A stretch of DNA of 39,958 nt from Patescibacteria group bacterium (GTDB lineage Bacteria > Patescibacteriota > Microgenomatia > Levybacterales > UBA12049), in NCBI GenBank assembly GCA_038062115.1, contig JBBTXS010000028.1, forward strand, positions 1 to 39,958, given 5' to 3'. Positions 33,830-39,958 of the stretch are shown piece after piece. The notes below the pieces were generated by a model. It had not been told where the DNA came from, did not search any database, and saw nothing but the letters and a program-made list of their open reading frames with translations. The position numbers were made by a program, and so were the translations under genes. The first letter of the stretch is position 1, and each line of letters opens with the position of its first letter.

Positions 33830-34444
33830 TGGATAAATTCATAACAATAGTTTCTCCATGTCCGGTTGGACAAAGGTATCATTGTTGGTGGGCGTTTTGT
33901 AACAAATTACGTAAAAATGTCATAAAATCATACCTCTTTATATTTCTAGTCTGATTTTAAAGATATTCTTCTAGAAGTATCGTTGATGAAGTTAGAAATT
34001 TTGAATTCCCAACACTTTTCGCTTCAAATTCTTCTGCAATCTTTTCGTAAAAGGTAGAAAAAAGTTTATTGGTAAGATTTTGATTTTCAGTAGATTTGTT
34101 AAAAGAAGAAACAAAACACCCCTTGAATTATCTGGTGTCAGTATTCATAAATATTACAATTTCATTAAGCTTCTTAGGAAATCACTTAATCTAAATTTTG
34201 AGAGGGAAAAGTCGTAAATTTGTTACCAGCGCCGAATTTATAGATAGGGCTCTCCAGGGCCGAAAAATCGCGCGTGCAAAAAATACATGCGAAGATTTAG
34301 CAATCTTCGCCAAAACTGTCGGCTCGAACTTCTTTTTAAACAATCGGCGGCTTGTCTCAGAATATAATCAGGGCTTTGCAGAGGTCTTCGCGTATCTTAC
34401 TGCGCAGAGCCAGTCCTCTGCCAGCCCCACAAACTCCCTTTCTG

Positions 34445-34517
34445 CGCCCCTGGCGGGAATCGAACCCACAACCTACTCTTTAGAAGAGAGTTGCTCTATC
34501 CGTTAAGCTACAGGGGC
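34445..34517 (-). tRNA. tRNA-Arg (anticodon TCT)
   Basis: Acceptor GCCCCTG/CAGGGGC, D arm GCTT-AACGGATA-GAGC, anticodon stem ACTCT/AGAGT with loop CTTCTAA, T arm GTGGG-TTCGATT-CCCGC. Confidence 0.88.
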
Positions 34518-34624
34518 AAATATATGATTTTATTCTACCTTTATTTCAGCACAAAATCAATGTGCATAACTTAGATTTTGACAATACTTAACCTACCGTA
34601 TATACTAATCAAAGAAGTAAACAG

Positions 34625-35623
34625 ATGAAAAACCCAATTCTAAAATACATCATCCAAAACCATTTCCTCGGGGCAATTCTTATAATAGCTTTTGTATGGT
34701 TTGCAATCGAAATAAAAGAGATCTTGGTTGTAATATTTATTTCCTTCATTATTATGTCTACCCTTTCTCCATACGTTGATCTGTTAAGAAAAAGGCGTTT
34801 TCCAAATGTTCTGGCAGTAATGATACCTTACATTGTTACAATATCTATATTAGTAGTACTAATAGTACCTTTAATACCATTTTTCAGCGTTCAACTACAA
34901 ACTCTTTTTTCAACTCTTCCAAGCTATATAGACCGAGCAGCTAAATTGCTCAATATACCTATAGATATAACCGATGCCAACAAGTTCTTGACCTCGGAAA
35001 TAGATACCATTGGAAAAAATGCTCTACTTGTCACCGGCAAGCTATTTAGTGGAATTTTTTCTTTCTTAGCCATCCTTGTGATTAGTTTCTATCTCATGCT
35101 TGAGCGGGAAAGAATAAAAAAAGAATTCACATCTCTTTTTCCAAAAGAAATAGAAGGAAAAGTACTTACCATAATTTCTAAGGTTGAAAATAAGCTTGGC
35201 GCTTGGCTTAGAGGCCAAGTGGTCTTATCTTTTACCATTGGAGTTTCCACTTGGGTTGCTCTTACCATTATTGGACTACCATTTGCATTGCCTCTTGCGT
35301 TGCTTGCTGGAATACTGGAAATTGTACCAACAATAGGTCCTACTATATCTGCAATTCCAGCTATAATAGTTGCTTTAACTATCTCTCCAACTTTAGCTAT
35401 TATAGTTATTGTTTCCTACATACTTATCCAAATGCTAGAAAATAATCTATTAGTCCCTAAAATAATGGAGAGGGCGGTTGGGCTAAATCCCATCGTAATT
35501 ATTATTGGAGTAATGGTTGGCGCCAAAATTATGGGAGTATTAGGAGCTCTTCTTGCTGTTCCATTTGTAACAATGCTTAGGGTATTATTTAGAAACCTCA
35601 AAACGCAAAATAACACCACCTGA
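34625..35623 (+). CDS. AI-2E family transporter (PerM/UPF0118)
   Basis: 332 aa, 7-8 TM helices, conserved LLAGILEIVPTIGPTISAIPAIIVAL and LLVPKIMERAVGLNP blocks. Confidence 0.8.
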   Translation: MKNPILKYIIQNHFLGAILIIAFVWFAIEIKEILVVIFISFIIMSTLSPYVDLLRKRRFPNVLAVMIPYIVTISILVVLIVPLIPFFSVQLQTLFSTLPSYIDRAAKLLNIPIDITDANKFLTSEIDTIGKNALLVTGKLFSGIFSFLAILVISFYLMLERERIKKEFTSLFPKEIEGKVLTIISKVENKLGAWLRGQVVLSFTIGVSTWVALTIIGLPFALPLALLAGILEIVPTIGPTISAIPAIIVALTISPTLAIIVIVSYILIQMLENNLLVPKIMERAVGLNPIVIIIGVMVGAKIMGVLGALLAVPFVTMLRVLFRNLKTQNNTT

Positions 35624-36032
35624 GAAATAAAACAGTGTCTGTCTTCCTTCGCCACCTGTGTCTTCGCCACCTGAAAGGCGCAACAGCCTCGCTACCTGAA
35701 TACTTAATGGACTAATCTAACACTCAAGTTATAAATTAGTGATCTTCTAGAACCAAATGCTTTATCCGTTCAAGCTTTTTAGCATAATCTATATCTATCA
35801 ATAACAAAATTTTTATACTCGTCAATCGACGAAAACTGTTTAAGTACTATATCTAGGTTAACTAAAGAGGATAGGTTGCTTTGCCACGCCTCTACTGTAT
35901 ATGTGATAAATTTCTCCATTTACTAAAGAGGTGCGTCTATATGACATGCTTTTAATGTAGAAGAAAATAAATTAATTGTCAATAGGTAGCGATCCTGTTT
36001 CACCTTTCAGGTGAAAGATAACATTTTGCGTG

Positions 36033-36104
<72 letters not shown>

Positions 36105-36113
36105 AAAATTGTA

Positions 36114-36146
36114 CGGGGCGTTTCTACCGGTGAGATACTCCCGCGA
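36114..36146 (-). pseudogene. 5' half of a tRNA (Gly-like) remnant just upstream of tRNA-Gly
   Basis: The minus strand reads GCGGGAG-TA-TCTC-ACCGGTA-GAAA-C-GCCCC: an acceptor, a degenerate D arm and a 5' anticodon stem. It then breaks off 9 nt before the intact tRNA-Gly. Confidence 0.4.
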
Positions 36147-36178
36147 GCTCATCCATTTTATCAAATTTGATTTACTTT

Positions 36179-36241
36179 GTCATTCTGAATTTATTTCAGG
36201 ATTTCGCTTCGCTCGAGATGCTGAAACTAGTTCAGCATGAC
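36179..36241. repeat. 63-bp palindromic miniature element (GTCATTCTGAA...TTCAGCATGAC)
   Basis: Two hairpins, ATTCTGAA-ttta-TTTCAGGAT and ATGCTGAA-ctag-TTCAGCAT, flank a TTCGCTTCGCTCG core. It sits 6 nt beyond the ancestral ahcY stop. Confidence 0.75.
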
Positions 36242-36247
36242 AATTAT

Positions 36248-36668
36248 TTACTTCGTCCCTTCTGTCCATGAAGAAAGATATTTCTCCTGCTCTTTCGTGA
36301 GTTTGTCTATAGAAATTCCGAGGATTGTAATCCAAAACTGTATTTAAATGCTTATAATAAGTCTTACTGTCTTCGCCTTTTATTGCAAAAACTGAAATGT
36401 CGTAATGTCTCACAAGAGAAGCTGCAACCATATCTTGTGTAGAAAGAGGATTTGAAGCACAAGCTACAACTTTTGCTCCTCCAGACTTGAGGGTCAAAAG
36501 TAAATTTGCAGTCTCGCTTGTTATATGTAGGCAACAGCCAATCGTTAGTCCTTTTAGAGGTCTTTCTTTTACAAATCTGTCTTCAATAGAACGAAGAACA
36601 GGCATTTGTTGGTATGCCCATTCTATTTTTAATTTGCCTTGTGGAGCAAGGGATAAATCTTTTAACAT
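36248..36668 (-). pseudogene. ahcY: S-adenosyl-L-homocysteine hydrolase with large internal deletion
   Basis: The N-terminal roughly 115 aa are intact (MLKDLSLAPQGKLKIEWAYQQMPVL...PLKGLTIGCCLHITSETANL...NPLSTQD). After LDYNP the frame degenerates. Another frame then reads the AdoHcyase C-terminus, LGISIDKLTKEQEKYLSSWTEGTK-stop (stop at 36248-36250). The NAD domain is missing. Confidence 0.7.
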
Positions 36669-37428
36669 CAAAACCACGATCAAGTCCTGCCAAAAACCCT
36701 GCTCTATATGCATCGCCAGCGCCAGTTGGATCTACCACTTTTTTTAGTTTTGCTGATTTTATCTTGTAAACCAGTCCTTTGCTTTCTATTTTTGATCCTT
36801 TCTCCCCAAGCGTTGTAATGATAATTTTGCCCTTGAACAATTTTCCCCAATCTCTAATACGGCTTTTTATCATACTTATTTCATAGTCATTTCCAACAAT
36901 ATATTTGGCGTGACTAACCCCAAATTTTAAATCATTATTATTTACTTGAGTCAAAATAAAACCCGGATCAAACATATAAGGGATTGCTAAATCAACGCAT
37001 TGCTTAACAAAAGACATAGAGCCTTTTGCGCCAGATGGGCCAATAAGAACAAGATCTTTTTTTGAAGCTATTTTTTTAAGTCTTAATTCTGGAATTCTTT
37101 CTGCTGCTCCATAAAAATACCCCCAAATCTGATTGTCTTTTTTATCTGTCATGGCAAAACCAGTGGCAGTATAATTAGTTTTGTCTACTAGAACATGGTC
37201 TGTAGAAATATCTAATCTTTTAAATGCTCTTTTGTATTCTCCAAAATCCTTTCCGGCAACAGAAAATAATATGTGAGGTATTTTAAGTAAGCCCAATGAA
37301 TAGGACACGTTACCTGCGGTTCCCCCACGCCTTCTTGCAAATTTGTTTACAATGAATGATAAATTGATGTTGTGGGTTTGATTGGGGAGGATGTAGTCGT
37401 AGGCAATTGTACCGGTGACGATAATCAT
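36583..37428 (-). CDS. PfkB-family carbohydrate/nucleoside kinase (adenosine-kinase-like), aberrant C-terminus
   Basis: MIIVTGTIAYDYI start (ATG 37426-37428), GGTAGNVSY, PfkB signature DPTGAGDAYRAGFLAGL. The last roughly 30 codons overlap the ahcY start in another frame and lack the usual helical tail. Confidence 0.7.
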   Translation of the reverse strand: MIIVTGTIAYDYILPNQTHNINLSFIVNKFARRRGGTAGNVSYSLGLLKIPHILFSVAGKDFGEYKRAFKRLDISTDHVLVDKTNYTATGFAMTDKKDNQIWGYFYGAAERIPELRLKKIASKKDLVLIGPSGAKGSMSFVKQCVDLAIPYMFDPGFILTQVNNNDLKFGVSHAKYIVGNDYEISMIKSRIRDWGKLFKGKIIITTLGEKGSKIESKGLVYKIKSAKLKKVVDPTGAGDAYRAGFLAGLDRGFDVKRFIPCSTRQIKNRMGIPTNACSSFY

Positions 37429-37435
37429 TCCTAAG

Positions 37436-37508
37436 TGCCGAAGCGGTGAATCGAACACCGATAACCGCTTCTTCAGAGCGGCGCCTTGACCACATTGGCA
37501 ACTTCGGC
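37436..37508 (-). tRNA. tRNA-Phe (anticodon GAA), 3-bp D stem and 4-nt variable loop
   Basis: Acceptor GCCGAAG/CTTCGGC, discriminator A, D arm GCCA-ATGTGGTCA-AGGC, anticodon stem CCGCT/AGCGG with loop CTGAAGA, variable TTAT, T arm CGGTG-TTCGATT-CACCG. Confidence 0.8.
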
Positions 37509-37579
37509 AGATTAAACTTCAAACCAATTATAAAGGAATTTATAGATATTGGCAATATTTCATTATGATATACTAATTT

Positions 37580-38215
37580 ATGAACATGAAGGGAGGCTGC
37601 GTTCTTCTTGGAGGTTGGTCAAGAGACTCTGAAACATATCATAAAATTATTGATACTTCCTCACCCCAAAACCATATTTATACCATTCTCCATACTTCTC
37701 TTATTCCAGATATAAGAATTTTACAAGAGCTAAAAACAAAAAATCTTACCTCTGTAGTGCTCATTGGACACTCGTTGGGAGACGCACTTGCCATTTCCTT
37801 TGCAGCTAACTATCCTGAATGTGTTAAAAAACTTATCTTGGTTGATTCTGAGGGCATACCTGACAAAAGAAATTTTTCTACTATTGTTTTTAATTGGCTT
37901 AAAGACTGTATTTTCATTCATGGAAAAGCAAAAGCCAAAGAAAACGTTAATGCACTATTTCTAATCATGCAAAACTTTCCATACTATTTTGCTGTAGCTC
38001 GTTTTGCCAATAACGTCGATGTTCGTAAAGACGCACAAAAAATTAAAGTACCAACTCTTATTTTATGGGGAGAAAAGGACAAAGTAGTACCTATAGAAAG
38101 CGCAAAAGAACTTAATCGATTGATAAAAGGTTCAAAGTTGGTGGTTTTGGATGGCATGGATCATGATTGGCTTATCCATTATCCACGAGGACTCTGGAGC
38201 AATATAGAAAAGTAA
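37580..38215 (+). CDS. Alpha/beta-fold hydrolase
   Basis: Nucleophile elbow GHSLGD, late acid and His (GEKDKVVP, GMDHDW). 211 aa. Confidence 0.75.
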   Translation: MNMKGGCVLLGGWSRDSETYHKIIDTSSPQNHIYTILHTSLIPDIRILQELKTKNLTSVVLIGHSLGDALAISFAANYPECVKKLILVDSEGIPDKRNFSTIVFNWLKDCIFIHGKAKAKENVNALFLIMQNFPYYFAVARFANNVDVRKDAQKIKVPTLILWGEKDKVVPIESAKELNRLIKGSKLVVLDGMDHDWLIHYPRGLWSNIEK

Positions 38216-38231
38216 AATCCGCGTAAGCTAG

Positions 38232-38304
38232 TGGGCACATCAGGACTCGAACCTGAAACCTCTTCGATGTAAACGAAGCGCTCCACCAATTGAGCTATGC
38301 GCCC
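38232..38304 (-). tRNA. tRNA-Val (anticodon TAC)
   Basis: Acceptor GGGCGCA/TGTGCCC, anticodon stem CTTCG/CGAAG with loop TTTACAT, T arm TTCAG-GTTCGAG-TCCTGA region. Confidence 0.88.
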
Positions 38305-38321
38305 TCAAAACCCTTTTTATG

Positions 38322-38404
38322 TGGGTCGGAGAGGAGTTGAACCTCCACCCCTTGCGGGACATGCACCTCAAGCATGCGCGTATACCAGGTTCCGCCACCG
38401 ACCC
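38322..38404 (-). tRNA. tRNA-Leu (anticodon GAG), long variable arm
   Basis: Acceptor GGGTCGG/CCGACCC, anticodon stem CATGC/GCATG with loop TTGAGGT, variable arm CCCGCAAGGGG. Confidence 0.85.
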
Positions 38405-38407
38405 AAG

Positions 38408-38489
38408 TGCCGAGAGCGGGACTCGAACCCACACCTCTTGCGAGACACGGCCCTGAACCGTGCGCGTCTGCCAGTTTCGCCACCTCGGC
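38408..38489 (-). tRNA. tRNA-Leu (anticodon CAG), long variable arm
   Basis: Acceptor GCCGAGG/CTCGGC, anticodon stem CACGG/CCGTG with loop TTCAGGG, variable arm CTCGCAAGAG. Confidence 0.85.
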
Positions 38490-38564
38490 GTAGCCTCATT
38501 CTGCATTCTACCAAAACCAGTAAAGATTGACAAGCTTAACAAAATATGTCAACATTAAATATTC

Positions 38565-39140
38565 ATGAAAAAGATAATCTTATCTGCCTCCTTCTTTATC
38601 ATGACTCCATTTCTGCTTTTTGTTACCATCATATACTATTTATATCTGTCTTATAACCAAACAAAACACTTTAGACCATTTAATAACTCTAAACAGTTGG
38701 TAGCGTTTGCTGCCTTACCATCTCTAGAAAATGTGGTCATCGACAAAATTGAAGAAAAAGATGCAAATGCCGAAATTGTTAGGCAATTCTTTGCGAGGTA
38801 CAACTCTCCTCTTGAGCCTTATGCCCAAGACATTGTAGATGCAGCTAATGCTTACAATATTGATTTTCGTCTCGTTCCAGCAATTGCAATGCAAGAATCT
38901 AATCTTTGCAAAAAGGCACGAATTGGTTCATATAACTGCTGGGGTTTTGGCATATATGGAAAAAAGGCTACAAGATTTGAAAATTACAAAGAAGCAATTT
39001 ACACAGTTACAAAAACCCTATCACAACAGTATAAAAATAAAGGCTTAGAAACACCTGAGGAAATTATGAAAAAATACACTCCTTCTAGCAATGGACGTTG
39101 GGCTTATAGCGTTAATTTCTTCATGAATCACCTTAAATAA
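38565..39140 (+). CDS. Membrane-anchored lysozyme-like (glucosaminidase/transglycosylase superfamily) protein, paralog 1
   Basis: N-terminal TM helix; YNIDFRLVPAIAMQESNLCKK...NCWGFGIYG (catalytic-Glu context A.A.QES...G.G). Confidence 0.55.
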   Translation: MKKIILSASFFIMTPFLLFVTIIYYLYLSYNQTKHFRPFNNSKQLVAFAALPSLENVVIDKIEEKDANAEIVRQFFARYNSPLEPYAQDIVDAANAYNIDFRLVPAIAMQESNLCKKARIGSYNCWGFGIYGKKATRFENYKEAIYTVTKTLSQQYKNKGLETPEEIMKKYTPSSNGRWAYSVNFFMNHLK

Positions 39141-39237
39141 ACCTATAGTAACATACTTGACAAACCTATAGTTGAATGGTATAATCCTCGCAGATCCTAA
39201 GGTATGCCTTTCCAAATGTATACGTTAGGATTTTTTA

Positions 39238-39798
39238 ATGGGAAAAATTTTAGTTTCTTTGCTTATTATATTCGAAATTCTAGCAATTTCGAATCTTAAT
39301 ATCCAAAAAACTTATGCGCGGCAAGTATCTGCATCTGCAAATCTACAGCCGAGTGTATCTTATGGAAAACTTGTTGATAGCCGTGTGAAGGTCTTAAAAA
39401 ACTTCTTAGAAAAATATAATGCACCTTTTGTGCCTTTTGCCGGCGAATTTATTAAGAGTGCCGACGTCTACAACCTTGATTGGAAGCTGGTTGCTGCAAT
39501 ATCGGGCGTTGAATCAACATTTGGTAAATTTATTCCTTACGACTCTTTTAATGCATGGGGATGGGGAGTTTATGGTAATAATGTAATTTACTTTTCTTCT
39601 TGGACAGAAGGCATAGAAACAGTTTCTAAAGGACTCCGCGAGAATTACCTCGATAAATGGGGAGCAAAAAACATACATCAAATAGGTAAAATATATGCTG
39701 CTTCCCCAACTTGGGCTTCAAAAGTAGAATACTTTATGGAAAAAATAACTGAATTCGAAAATCAAAATCTTGCATACAATCTTCCTATTTCTTTGTAG
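39238..39798 (+). CDS. Secreted lysozyme-like protein, paralog 2
   Basis: Signal-like N-terminus; YNLDWKLVAAISGVESTFGK...NAWGWGVYG, colinear with 38565..39140. Confidence 0.55.
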   Translation: MGKILVSLLIIFEILAISNLNIQKTYARQVSASANLQPSVSYGKLVDSRVKVLKNFLEKYNAPFVPFAGEFIKSADVYNLDWKLVAAISGVESTFGKFIPYDSFNAWGWGVYGNNVIYFSSWTEGIETVSKGLRENYLDKWGAKNIHQIGKIYAASPTWASKVEYFMEKITEFENQNLAYNLPISL

Positions 39799-39823
39799 AT
39801 TATGTATAATAGTTTCGCCGCTT

Positions 39824-39909
39824 GCGGACGTGGCGAAATGGTAGACGCGATAGGTTTAGGACCTATTGACCGTAAGGTCTTGGGGGTTCGAGTCCCTTCG
39901 TCCGCACCA
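39824..39909 (+). tRNA. tRNA-Leu (anticodon TAG) with encoded CCA
   Basis: Acceptor GCGGACG/CGTCCGC, discriminator A followed by CCA, anticodon stem ATAGG/CCTAT with loop TTTAGGA, variable arm GACC-GTAA-GGTC. Confidence 0.88.
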
Positions 39910-39958
39910 GAAAGGAAAAGTCAAGGAGTTTTGGTTCGCCTCGCTTCGCTCGGCGACT

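Noticed and set aside
33960-34150. Minus-strand open frame ...LFSTFYEKIAEEFEAKSVGNSKFLTSSTILLEEYL without a start codon
   Set aside because: It is too short, has no start and no recognisable motif. It may be a gene fragment but is not supportable as a feature.
38240-38542. ORFs 38240..38542, 38295..38483 and 38297..38530
   Set aside because: They coincide with the tRNA-Val, tRNA-Leu(GAG) and tRNA-Leu(CAG) cluster. ORF 34198..34506 likewise runs into tRNA-Arg(TCT).

Overview
Low-GC, tRNA-dense window (11 tRNA genes) read with the standard genetic code. By inference it comes from a reduced genome of an uncultivated CPR/Patescibacteria-like bacterium. The backbone is housekeeping: htpX, dedA, msrB, an L,D-transpeptidase, typA/bipA, rarA, an ABC exporter pair, an AI-2E transporter and lysozyme-like secreted proteins. 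Three things stand out. (1) An AT-rich nine-gene accessory island at 19.7-28.8 kb. It holds an AsnRS-like class II ligase without an anticodon-binding domain, translationally coupled to a SAM methyltransferase and an MccF/LdcA-type S66 hydrolase. It also holds two paralogous APH-fold kinases, a ThDP enzyme, a divergent NDK, an orphan Cys/His-hydrolase-like protein and a Nudix protein. I cannot assign this combination to a described pathway; it is my best candidate for a new system, either an aminoacyl-nucleotide or nucleotide-analogue antimetabolite or a defence module. (2) To its right lie a nest of three IS elements, a Shedu/DUF4263-like remnant and a monomeric, mitochondrial-type PheRS (catalytic core plus FDX-ACB domain). 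To its left lies a roughly 640-nt GC-rich, hairpin-dense intergenic region that looks like a structured RNA I could not identify. (3) Palindromic GTCAT...ATGAC miniature repeats are present, one of them inserted exactly in frame (93 bp) in a membrane-protein gene. Several genes are decayed by internal deletion or frameshift: serine recombinase, arginase-like, C92-like, ahcY and the IS1595 transposase. All family calls rest on motifs I read in the translations; no database search was run.
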